Virus record (IMG/VR): IMGVR_UViG_3300017913_000603
Span: 1 to 24,122 of that record
Length of the DNA: 24,122 nt
Origin: a virus
Taxonomy: Duplodnaviria > Caudoviricetes
Strand: one strand, 5' to 3'
Shown here: piece after piece, positions 8,591 to 17,027 of the stretch
How the letters are laid out: each line of letters opens with the position of its first letter
How positions within the stretch are numbered: position 1 is the first letter of the stretch
Translations under genes and position numbers: made by a program
The notes under the pieces: generated by a model
The model's database searches: none
What the model saw: only the letters and a program-made list of their open reading frames with translations
Told to the model about the DNA's origin: nothing

Positions 8591-8893
8591 CTAATCCAGT
8601 GGTTCGTCGTCGCTTAGGCCCATAATAGCCGCTATGCCAGCATGCTTTTTAATTGTGTCAAGCTCGTTGCGGTTGTTTTCCAAGTTTAGATCGCTGTCTT
8701 TGTGTGTTTGGTCTGATAGCTTGTTGTCGTAGACATTGTCCACTTCTACTGCTCGCTTTAGCAGTTCTTGCTTTTGCTGTAGTGGAGGAAGAAACACACT
8801 GTCATCAGTTTCGGTATTGCCTGGTGCATCCGGAATACCTTCTTGAGAATCTAATTTGTCGGCGAGTTGTCTTAGTACGTCTGAAATTTTCAC
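8591..8893 (-). CDS. Hypothetical acidic protein, candidate internal head protein
   Basis: GTGA overlap with the upstream gene; N-terminus MKISDVL. Confidence 0.65.
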   Translation of the reverse strand: MKISDVLRQLADKLDSQEGIPDAPGNTETDDSVFLPPLQQKQELLKRAVEVDNVYDNKLSDQTHKDSDLNLENNRNELDTIKKHAGIAAIMGLSDDEPLD

Positions 8894-9264
8894 CTCGGAT
8901 AACCTTTAAAACCTTTTACAGGGCTGGATTTATTTACAGCATCCGGTTCAGTGCTCTTGCCTTCGCCACCATCTCGTGCTTTACTGCCAAGTGCTTTATA
9001 AGCCATCTTGGCCATCTTGCCTTCCTCAGGAGTATAAGCAACAATGTAAGCATCGTTGCCCATCCAGCTTTCAGGATCTGGAAGGTGTTCGCAGTTGCCG
9101 TCTCTATCCATGCCAGCCATTGCCATGCTAGCACGATACATATCATAGTACCCTTTACCTTGTACACTTCCTGGACTAGCTGCTACATGAGTATGCGGTT
9201 TTTTGCCCTTGCGGAGTTTACTTCTGTAACCTTTGATCTCGGTTATAAACTCACGTGCTTTCAT
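8890..9264 (-). CDS. Candidate internal head protein
   Basis: N-terminus MKAREFITE resembles the T4 capsid-targeting sequence; TAATG overlap with the upstream gene. Confidence 0.65.
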   Translation of the reverse strand: MKAREFITEIKGYRSKLRKGKKPHTHVAASPGSVQGKGYYDMYRASMAMAGMDRDGNCEHLPDPESWMGNDAYIVAYTPEEGKMAKMAYKALGSKARDGGEGKSTEPDAVNKSSPVKGFKGYPR

Positions 9265-9938
9265 TACTTTCCTTTTAGTATCTTGCTTACTGGTTTAGAA
9301 CTCCACATTCTACAACTCCAGTATGCTGCTTTTGTTCTGTCGCTAGCACGTGGTGTACCGCAACCATGACGTGCTCTAAAACTCTTACGTCTAGCAGGAT
9401 CATCACGTTTAATTTCCATTTCTTTTGAACCGAAGTTTACTTTCTTAACGTTACCCGTCTTGGGATCTTTTACAAACACTTTGTATTTTTTAACATCTCC
9501 GCGCATAGGCTTGCCTAGTTTGACTTTACGACCTTTGTATTCTGCTTCATCCATTTGCATTAAATCAGCGAGTTCTTTTTCAAGTTTAGGTACATCAGAT
9601 ACTGTTAAACCGCTTTTTGGTGCGTTGCGTTTTGCTAACGCAATTTGTGATTTTTTGCCTTCGATTTTGTCTTGTAAACTTTTTACATTGAATCCCATAA
9701 AAGTCTTAGGGTGCGGTCTGCCTGTGTTGATATCTATATCATCTTCAAAAGTACATCCGCAATGCTCAAGAATTTCCATTGCAAGTTCGTCTGCTTCTAC
9801 CAATGCCATGTCGTTGTTGTGATATACAACGTCAAACTCTAGTGCAAGTTCTTCGTTGATTACTACATCAAAGGCATCGCCAGTTGCTAAGAACTGACTA
9901 CGTCTTTCACTTTCTGTTAAGAACTTGCTGAGTTTCAT
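9264..9938 (-). CDS. Candidate internal head protein with a basic C-terminal domain (DUF5754-like)
   Basis: N-terminus MKLSKFLTE; acidic middle; C-terminal KKVNFG...DPARRKSFRARHGC...AAYWSCRMW. Confidence 0.65.
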   Translation of the reverse strand: MKLSKFLTESERRSQFLATGDAFDVVINEELALEFDVVYHNNDMALVEADELAMEILEHCGCTFEDDIDINTGRPHPKTFMGFNVKSLQDKIEGKKSQIALAKRNAPKSGLTVSDVPKLEKELADLMQMDEAEYKGRKVKLGKPMRGDVKKYKVFVKDPKTGNVKKVNFGSKEMEIKRDDPARRKSFRARHGCGTPRASDRTKAAYWSCRMWSSKPVSKILKGK

Positions 9939-11764
9939 TTTGCTTTGAATTCCTTGTATAATGTTTCCAAGTGACTAACACCAGTTTCTTCACTTTCTGC
10001 AACATTTACAGTCTTTTCTGGATCCATTGCCATTGGATTATCACCAGGATTATTTGGATTAATCTGTTTCTTCTGACCATTTAATCCTCCGCTGATAGCA
10101 TCTAGCAGGTAGTGCATGTCATATGTTTGTGTGTTTTTAGCACTGTTGGCTTCTTCAGCTTCGCAAGCAACTTCCATGAAGTTCTCGCCCATTGGGTCCA
10201 TGCTGTCATATGGGCAATCCATGTGCTGTGGCTTGCCTAATTCGTCTCCACAGTTTTTACAAACTTTCATTGTTTGTGGCTTGTCAACTGCGGCTAATTG
10301 TAGTAGTTGTGCTAGTGCCATTGCGTCTTGGCCTGTAGCACTTACTGTTACACTTGGCTCAGCACTTGGATCGTTACTGCTGTTAATACTAACATTCATT
10401 GATTCTGTAATCATGCTCTCAACTTTGCTATTCATACTTTCGTATACACTAGCATTCTTATAAATGCCTTTGCCGGTTGCACTTGTAGCAATACCACCAG
10501 AAACTGTAGTTTCTTCAACTTCTTCTACTTCATCATCGGCATCATTACGCTTGTCGCCTTCCATGTATCCGTGTAGATCTTTCATCTTGCCGTATACATC
10601 GCTCATTTTGTTCTGGAACCACTCTGGGAAATCACCACCGTTTTCAATGTGAGTTTTGATCTCGTCTACAGCATACTTGATAAATTCTGCTTGATCGCCT
10701 GCCATTCCGCCTTCGTCTGGGCTAGCTGGCATCGAGTCTTCGTCTTCGCTAAATCGTTCTTTAGCACGTTCGACATCTTCTTTGTCTTTGCCTTTAACAG
10801 GATAGGTTTTACCGTTGAAAGTGAAACTGCTTTGTCCAGCGGCAATTGCCTTATCTCTTTCTGTATTAAAAGCGTTTTCCTCAATGTCTTCTTCGTTGAG
10901 AGCATCTGGATAGAATTCTTCAAGTTCTTTCTTAAGTGTCATAGCATCTTTTGACGACATTTTGCTTGCCATTTTTTCATATTCGCCTTGAATGTTTTCA
11001 TCGGCAAAGTCATGTTTATCAAAAAAGTATTCACGAGCTTGATCTAAAGTTACAGCTTCTTCTTCTTTAAGAGCATCTGGCTTGCCAAGTTGCTTTAATA
11101 CGTCATTAACCATGTTACTTACATCGCTAGTTCCTAAGTCACCTCCTTCGTGGAACTGCGCTATTTCTTCAATAGCATCGTTAAGGTCAAGTATATCTAC
11201 TTCACGCACCAACGCACCAAACTTAGGGTGAGCCATCATGCGTCTTGTGATAGCACTGGCAATATCGTCTGCGCTAGCACCGTCTTCTTCTTCGCTGTGA
11301 TCGATTGGTGTGATTTCAGCTTCTTCAACACTTTCGCCTACTTTCTTAAGTGCATCGTTTATACTGTCAAGATGCTGTTGTGCCATCATCATCTGTGTTT
11401 CGTCGTAAAATTTTTCTTGTGGACCGCTACCGCTGGATTGCATATTCTTCATACTTTCTTCAGCGTCTGCTTTCATTTTCAATAATTCTTCACGACTCTT
11501 GCCGTCGTATTGGCCTTCTTGTAGGCTTTCTTCAAACTGGAACTCAAAGTCATCGGCTTCGCCATACTCGTCTTTGAGTTCAGCGTGAATAAGATCATAA
11601 ATTTTTTCGTTGCTTGACCCACTAGGAGCAGTTATGTTTAACTTAAGACTACTGGGTAACTTTGCTTCAGGGTCTTTCCACTGAATGTTGGTGATTTTTA
11701 CACCGCTTTCTTTGTTTTCGTTTACCTGGTCTAGGCTTTCTAGTATTTTGTAAATGCTATCCAT
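9935..11764 (-). CDS. Highly acidic modular protein, candidate prohead core/internal polyprotein
   Basis: 609 aa, very E/D-rich, with many hydrophobic-x-E sites. SD AAGGA. Confidence 0.6.
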   Translation of the reverse strand: MDSIYKILESLDQVNENKESGVKITNIQWKDPEAKLPSSLKLNITAPSGSSNEKIYDLIHAELKDEYGEADDFEFQFEESLQEGQYDGKSREELLKMKADAEESMKNMQSSGSGPQEKFYDETQMMMAQQHLDSINDALKKVGESVEEAEITPIDHSEEEDGASADDIASAITRRMMAHPKFGALVREVDILDLNDAIEEIAQFHEGGDLGTSDVSNMVNDVLKQLGKPDALKEEEAVTLDQAREYFFDKHDFADENIQGEYEKMASKMSSKDAMTLKKELEEFYPDALNEEDIEENAFNTERDKAIAAGQSSFTFNGKTYPVKGKDKEDVERAKERFSEDEDSMPASPDEGGMAGDQAEFIKYAVDEIKTHIENGGDFPEWFQNKMSDVYGKMKDLHGYMEGDKRNDADDEVEEVEETTVSGGIATSATGKGIYKNASVYESMNSKVESMITESMNVSINSSNDPSAEPSVTVSATGQDAMALAQLLQLAAVDKPQTMKVCKNCGDELGKPQHMDCPYDSMDPMGENFMEVACEAEEANSAKNTQTYDMHYLLDAISGGLNGQKKQINPNNPGDNPMAMDPEKTVNVAESEETGVSHLETLYKEFKAK

Positions 11765-11776
11765 TGTACTGGTCCT

Positions 11777-12373
11777 TTAAATCTTGTATGGGTCTGGAAT
11801 TTTGTTTGTCCCGCCTATCGGGCTCTTGGTTTGTTCTGGATAATCACTGGTTGTTTTGGCTTTAGGGGTGTTGCCGCCAGCAATTGTAAAGTCGCTCTTG
11901 TATTCATTCTTGACTACAACTTCTTTGTCCATTGGATCAGCACTATAATCTTCCTTTGCATCTTTTTGTTCTGCATTGGTTTCCGGATGCTCATCATCTG
12001 CTAACACACTTTCAGGCTGTGCGTCATAGTTTTCACGTTCTTTGTCCAACTTGTCAGCATAATCACGCTGTTGAATAATCACTCTGTTTGGATCCATTCC
12101 TAACAACTTTGCAATTTGAATAATTTGTGGATGTGTTGCAGGGTAGTTAAATGTAACATCCATGTGTGTACATCTTTCGTTTTCAAACTGCGGAAAGTCT
12201 GGAAGTGTTTTCATAACAGGTGTAGTCTTAGCATCAGACATTTTTATAACATCAAACTGTGCTAGTTTCTTTTCTAATTCGTTGATAGTATTGTTATCAA
12301 CGTCACCTGCAATTTTGATACGATAATCAAAGGTTTGTTTGGTTTCAACCAAGTATTCTGTAAAACTTTTCAT
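11777..12373 (-). CDS. Candidate internal head protein
   Basis: N-terminus MKSFTEYLVE; late promoter and SD AGGGG upstream. Confidence 0.65.
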   Translation of the reverse strand: MKSFTEYLVETKQTFDYRIKIAGDVDNNTINELEKKLAQFDVIKMSDAKTTPVMKTLPDFPQFENERCTHMDVTFNYPATHPQIIQIAKLLGMDPNRVIIQQRDYADKLDKERENYDAQPESVLADDEHPETNAEQKDAKEDYSADPMDKEVVVKNEYKSDFTIAGGNTPKAKTTSDYPEQTKSPIGGTNKIPDPYKI

Positions 12374-12389
12374 TTTAATCCCCTATATG

Positions 12390-12875
12390 CTATTTAGCAT
12401 CTTTGTCTAGTAAACGCTGAAGCAATTCGTTGCGATCTAGCACTTGACCTGTGCTTGTTTGATCAGCTTCAGGATCAGACTTTGCAATCTGTTGATCTAG
12501 TCGTGCTTTTTTCAACTGTAAGTCGATCATTTTTAATTTTTTGTTAATCTTGGCATTTTTAGCAGTGATAGCATGTCCGAGCATACTGCTTGCAGTACTG
12601 AATACTTCACTTGCCCATCTGCTGTCAATGTTCATGCCCAAGTCCATCAAGTCGTCGAAGCTCTTGGATGCCTTAGCCGCTAGCTCATCCATCTCTGCAT
12701 CGCTTGCTTCAAGTCCTCTAACGGCAGGCAATGCCGCACTTATCTTCTCAAGCTCGTCGAGATTGTCTGCTAGAATTGGAATGTTTTCCTGTTCTGCTAC
12801 GTCAATATTTTCTTCTTCGGTCTCTTCGACTTCCGTTTGCGGCAAATCAAAAAGTTCTTCAAGTTTCTTTGTCAT
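12390..12875 (-). CDS. Probable terminase small subunit, T4 gp16-like
   Basis: 161 aa, helical. DSRWASEVFSTASSML resembles the gp16 R..EVF helix, followed by a coiled coil and a VLDRNELL tail. Late promoter upstream. Confidence 0.55.
   Translation of the reverse strand: MTKKLEELFDLPQTEVEETEEENIDVAEQENIPILADNLDELEKISAALPAVRGLEASDAEMDELAAKASKSFDDLMDLGMNIDSRWASEVFSTASSMLGHAITAKNAKINKKLKMIDLQLKKARLDQQIAKSDPEADQTSTGQVLDRNELLQRLLDKDAK
12391..12396 (-). promoter_or_regulatory. Late promoter TAAATA driving the internal-protein cluster
   Basis: GCTAAATA overlapping the stop codon of the upstream gene. Confidence 0.68.
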
Positions 12876-12880
12876 AGTAT

Positions 12881-12894
12881 TATTTAACTAAATA
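12881..12894. promoter_or_regulatory. Back-to-back late promoters TATTTA-AC-TAAATA
   Basis: Inverted TAAATA pair between divergent genes starting at 12875 (-) and 12918 (+). Confidence 0.75.
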
Positions 12895-12917
12895 TACACA
12901 TTGAATGGTATTAATTA

Positions 12918-14396
12918 ATGAGAGATCTACTTAACAAACTGGACCAACTAGCAGAAGCTGCTATTACCACTAGTACAAACAAATACGGCGGCAAGTATCT
13001 TGAAATCTTACAACACAAGATTGCAAACGGCGAGCCTGTTGAGCTTATACCTGAACTACACGACACAATAGGCAAAGAAGTTGTGTTAACCAAGGACAAC
13101 ATTGACAAAATTAACCAGGCTTGGTTTGGACGTCCAGAGTTTCCTACTGTTGCAGACATGAATTTAGATCCGAACGGTTTGATTATACCAGCAAACAAAA
13201 ATGCAAATAGTGTAGAACTTACAACAGATGACGGACAAACTGTGCGTCTGACACAAATTCAAAAAACACCAGAATACAAAGGCGGCAAACCATTTAACAG
13301 CGGCGATATTAGCGAAGGCTTGCTAGGTGCCGCGGTTGCTGCAAGATTTATTTCACGTGATAAAGACATCACAGACGGAGACATACTCACAGTCCTCAAG
13401 GATCTCGGCGAAGGTACTAAAGTAGGAAAAACAGGAAACAACTTGTCTGGATCTACTCGTGGAAAAAGTGCCAATGACAACGTAGAATTTAAACTATCTC
13501 TGAATCAAGCAAACTACAAAATGCTACAAATTGTAGCAAATGATCCTGCTAACATGCACCCAGATATTCGCAAAATGATCAACAGTGCTGTTATATTTGC
13601 TAATACCAATGCAGGTGTACTAGCATCGGTGGATAAGATTGTAGATGACACAGATGCTAACCAAGTGGTAGTAAGCAGTGACGGTGTGAGTGAGCAGTCA
13701 GGAACCAAGGCAGACCTATTTTTAAGCATCGACGGTACAACTGTAAACCTACTGAGTCTTAAAGCAGGTGATGTAAAACAGTTTGGGCAAGTTAGTGGTT
13801 ACAACTTCCGTGCAATACAACAGTTTTTTGAGCAAACATTTGGTGCAAATATTCCAGATAGTTTACGCACAGCCGAAGAAGGAGATGCTCGTGCTGGATT
13901 CCAAGACATTCAATCCGCATATCAAGAAGCCGCAGATGATATTTCAGGTGAGCTAGCAGGACAACGTCCTAAAAGAGAAGCAGACTTTGTGGAAAGACTT
14001 TATAAAGGCATTGCATATCATGCTACTCGTAACGATAGCGGAGTTACAATGGTTATTTTAAATACAGGTGCTGTGCCAGGATACAAAGAACTAGGATTTG
14101 GTGCAGAGCTTGACAACGCAATGAGACAAGTTGATCTAGACGTAGAACTAGCAACAAAAGAAAACAGCAGTGTACTGCAAATTTTTGGAACAAAAGCGGA
14201 CGGATCTAGAAGTCAACTGCTACAAATGCGCAGTAACTATCAAATCGAAAGCGGAACACCTTATGTTCGTAATCGAGTAGAAATGGGTCCACTACTTAAA
14301 GAGATTGCACTGATCGAAAAAGAAGAACAAAAGCCTGTTGCATCAAAACAAAAAGCAGGAATAGATGATACTGCGCTGGGACGTAAACGCCGTTAA
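12918..14396 (+). CDS. Hypothetical protein with a PD-(D/E)xK restriction-endonuclease-like motif, candidate virion-packaged nuclease
   Basis: GDISEG...TKADLFLSIDG...LSLKAG; N-terminus MRDLLNKLDQLAE. Confidence 0.55.
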   Translation: MRDLLNKLDQLAEAAITTSTNKYGGKYLEILQHKIANGEPVELIPELHDTIGKEVVLTKDNIDKINQAWFGRPEFPTVADMNLDPNGLIIPANKNANSVELTTDDGQTVRLTQIQKTPEYKGGKPFNSGDISEGLLGAAVAARFISRDKDITDGDILTVLKDLGEGTKVGKTGNNLSGSTRGKSANDNVEFKLSLNQANYKMLQIVANDPANMHPDIRKMINSAVIFANTNAGVLASVDKIVDDTDANQVVVSSDGVSEQSGTKADLFLSIDGTTVNLLSLKAGDVKQFGQVSGYNFRAIQQFFEQTFGANIPDSLRTAEEGDARAGFQDIQSAYQEAADDISGELAGQRPKREADFVERLYKGIAYHATRNDSGVTMVILNTGAVPGYKELGFGAELDNAMRQVDLDVELATKENSSVLQIFGTKADGSRSQLLQMRSNYQIESGTPYVRNRVEMGPLLKEIALIEKEEQKPVASKQKAGIDDTALGRKRR

Positions 14397-14824
14397 CGTT
14401 TACCGTTTCTAAAGATATCGTCTTCAGTGACCACTCTAAAAGTTATTCCTTGGCGCTTGCACCATTTCTGTGCGGCATCCCACTTAGCATAGTTTACAGC
14501 AACAACAGCTCTGTCTTTAGCATTGGCTTTACTTTCTAATACGCTTTGCTTTTTAGGTTTGATTTCGATCATTTCAGTAATAACTTTATTGTTTTTATTT
14601 CGATATTGTACAATAAAGTCCGGAACATATATTGTTTGTTTACCAGTTAATGGATTGCGGTATGGTATGTTAATGCTTTCGCTTGCCCACATAACAATGT
14701 TATCATTGCTATCACAAAAACGCATGAATGCTAGTTCCCACCCACTGCGATATCTCGGTTCTTTTTTACCAGCGTATTTTTGAGGATTTTGTATTGTGTA
14801 TGTACCTTGTGCAAATCGACTCAT
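14393..14824 (-). CDS. 4: Head completion nuclease, T4 gp4-like (TnsA N-terminal fold)
   Basis: YRSGWELAFMRFCD, WASE, IPY, YVPDF, EIKP, NYAKW and TEDDI motifs. Confidence 0.92.
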   Translation of the reverse strand: MSRFAQGTYTIQNPQKYAGKKEPRYRSGWELAFMRFCDSNDNIVMWASESINIPYRNPLTGKQTIYVPDFIVQYRNKNNKVITEMIEIKPKKQSVLESKANAKDRAVVAVNYAKWDAAQKWCKRQGITFRVVTEDDIFRNGKR

Positions 14825-15180
14825 GACAACACATTTCTAGCTGCATAAAAATTAGGAGTAGTAACAGAACTTACACCTAGCAATGTGGTGTTGCTTCTTA
14901 GATTATTAAGATAATATGCAAATGTGCTTGAGATTTCCAACTTGTTTTGATTACGAATACTTTCCAGTATGGTCATTGGATCGCTTCCAGATTTATCGCT
15001 AATTTGAAACAAACTAAGTGTAAAGTTTTTTGCACTTGTTTCATCGCCAAACGCCGATCTAAAAAAGCTGAGTACAACGTCGTATGTTGCAGTATCTACA
15101 TTAGTTTCAAAATTGTAAAAGTTATCAAAAATATAGGTTGTTTTATCTTGATTTTGATCGTTGTAATTAATTGTACTCAT
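14821..15180 (-). CDS. Hypothetical protein in the tail operon
   Basis: ATG 15180 forms an ATGA overlap with the upstream stop codon; translationally coupled on both sides. Confidence 0.7.
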   Translation of the reverse strand: MSTINYNDQNQDKTTYIFDNFYNFETNVDTATYDVVLSFFRSAFGDETSAKNFTLSLFQISDKSGSDPMTILESIRNQNKLEISSTFAYYLNNLRSNTTLLGVSSVTTPNFYAARNVLS

Positions 15181-16319
15181 GTCCAAGTGTCTCCGCCAGG
15201 TACTTGCCTAGTTGTCGGTCCGGTAATTTCATCTGTTGCTGATTTAGGAGTGTTTGTTGTTGTGGTTCCTGCTTGTTCAGGTTTAGGAAAAAACACACTG
15301 TCTGATCGATTAATTATTGTTCTAGTGGCACTAGGTCCTTGATTTCGTATGATCTGCTTTCCAATTTGGATTGCTTCATCAACTACACCCGGGTTCTTAA
15401 GTACATCTTCTAAGTTAGCACCTGCTTTCAATGCAGCTAAAATATTAGCAGTGGATGGATTTCTAATTGCATTGTATATTACTTCAGCGTTATCTATAAC
15501 ACCGCCTGGGCCAAGAACACTGTTTGTGCCTTGCTGTAATGTGCTAGGAGAGTTATCGTAGTGTGAATTATCAGTAAAACCAGGCACTGTTGAGTCAGAT
15601 ATAGCACCATTTTTATATTTTACAGCTTCGTATAACACTGTCATGTTATGTTCCATGATTCCATTGCCTTCGGCGTAATCATAGGTATCATGTTTCCAAT
15701 TTTGAATAATAGGATTGATTAGTGTATATTGTGTAAACTGCTGTTGACTTAAACCAAAAATAGTTATATCGTTGAAGAATCTAGGTTTACCTGAGATATC
15801 TCCGTCGCTGTAACTTTCTCCGATATACCCCCATTCGTTTTGATCCCTGTCAGACGTGTAAGTATCTCTATCATTGTAGTCTACACGTGATCCAAAAGGT
15901 GTGTCTCCTTGCGAATTGTATTCATGACTAGAATCTTTGTAGTAATAACTAAAATAATTATACCACAGATTTGTAATTAAGTTACTGTTATCATCATGAA
16001 AGCGTATGCCAATTGGTTCATAATTGACTTTACTTTGCACCAAACGTTTTCTATTATATTGATTGTAAACATCTGTATCAAATTGATAGCTAGGCAAATC
16101 CACACTCTTAACAACTACTCCCAGTTCATTTTGTTGTGGAAATAGTGTCTTGAGTGCAGAAATGCCATTGTTGTTAAGATTAAACCTAACATAGAAAAGA
16201 AACTTATTCTTTGGAGCCAGCGCATAACTATCACTGCGGAAAGTTTTGCTGGCATGCGTAAAGTCCTTTAGGTAATCACTTCCAAAGAACCCTTTGAGAA
16301 ATTCATTTCCAAAGGACAT
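15177..16319 (-). CDS. Tail-tube-fold baseplate/tube junction protein (gp54/gp48-like)
   Basis: VKSVDLPS...NQYNRKR...YEPIGIRFHDD...LINPII..W.H...MTVLYE matches a gp19-like pattern; directly follows the tube gene. Confidence 0.65.
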   Translation of the reverse strand: MSFGNEFLKGFFGSDYLKDFTHASKTFRSDSYALAPKNKFLFYVRFNLNNNGISALKTLFPQQNELGVVVKSVDLPSYQFDTDVYNQYNRKRLVQSKVNYEPIGIRFHDDNSNLITNLWYNYFSYYYKDSSHEYNSQGDTPFGSRVDYNDRDTYTSDRDQNEWGYIGESYSDGDISGKPRFFNDITIFGLSQQQFTQYTLINPIIQNWKHDTYDYAEGNGIMEHNMTVLYEAVKYKNGAISDSTVPGFTDNSHYDNSPSTLQQGTNSVLGPGGVIDNAEVIYNAIRNPSTANILAALKAGANLEDVLKNPGVVDEAIQIGKQIIRNQGPSATRTIINRSDSVFFPKPEQAGTTTTNTPKSATDEITGPTTRQVPGGDTWT

Positions 16320-16325
16320 AGATTA

Positions 16326-16943
16326 TTAACCTGTTACTACGTCGCCTACTGTTCTTCCAACAGTAACACCAACACCGTCACCTAATGGTGTTTGCACTGC
16401 ATTGTCAAATCTAATAGTTAGAGCAAGTGTTGCTGGGCTATTGTCGCCGTAATCTAAGTTACCATAATCTACTGCCGAAAGATAACAACCGTATAATTCC
16501 CAAGTCTCTAGTACGTTAGGTGTATTGGCACCATTGCCGCCGTCTAGCACTTCACAACGAGCTAGGAATTTATAATCAATACCCGAAGCTGCACTCGACA
16601 TCTCCATAAAGTCAAATTGCTTCTGCAATTGTTCGCCTACTAGCTTTGCAACTTGTCCACCTGCGTCATCGCGCAAATTACAAGTAACGTCCTGCCAGGT
16701 ATGCTTACCAGCAAGTTTTAATGTCGAGTTATAAATTGGAATGTCGATTGGATCAAAACTCACGTTAGGACGAGTAAAATCCATAACTTGCTTTGTTAAT
16801 TCTGTTCTTGGTGTGCTTACACCCAAGTTTTCAAATACCACTCTAAAGCGATACTTTAGTTTTGGCATCAACAGACCTTGTGTTGCACTGCTTTGATCGC
16901 TTGACAAAGGTACTGTCATTCTGTTTAGTGATGATACTGCCAT
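16326..16943 (-). CDS. 19: Tail tube protein, gp19-like
   Basis: 205 aa after the sheath gene; YRFRV, KLAGKHTWQDV, WELYGCY and LDYG...LTIRFD motifs. Confidence 0.88.
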   Translation of the reverse strand: MAVSSLNRMTVPLSSDQSSATQGLLMPKLKYRFRVVFENLGVSTPRTELTKQVMDFTRPNVSFDPIDIPIYNSTLKLAGKHTWQDVTCNLRDDAGGQVAKLVGEQLQKQFDFMEMSSAASGIDYKFLARCEVLDGGNGANTPNVLETWELYGCYLSAVDYGNLDYGDNSPATLALTIRFDNAVQTPLGDGVGVTVGRTVGDVVTG

Positions 16944-16964
16944 CTCTCTCTCCTATGTTAGTAT

Positions 16965-16970
16965 TATTTA
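16965..16970 (-). promoter_or_regulatory. Late promoter TAAATA for the tail tube gene
   Basis: GATAAATA followed by SD AGGAG. Confidence 0.78.
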
Positions 16971-16986
16971 TCATTAATGGAGCCAT

Positions 16987-17014
16987 AAAAAAACAGGGCC
17001 GAAGCCCTGTTTTT
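16987..17014 (-). terminator. Rho-independent terminator with a C(UUCG)G tetraloop, probably bidirectional
   Basis: AAAAACAGGGC-TTCG-GCCCTGTTTTTTT just after the sheath stop codon. Confidence 0.93.
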
Positions 17015-17027
17015 AGTTTATGCTGAT

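Noticed and set aside
8653-9369. 238-aa plus-strand ORF
   Set aside because: TTG start, no RBS or promoter, antisense to three coupled genes and with an implausible composition.
12387-12400. ATGCTA-AA-TAGCAT inverted repeat as a terminator
   Set aside because: Short, AT-rich and without a U-tract; it coincides with the late promoter and a stop codon.
14393-14824. Tn7-like transposon suggested by the TnsA-like fold
   Set aside because: Size, motifs and context match gp4; no TnsB, TnsC or transposon ends are present.
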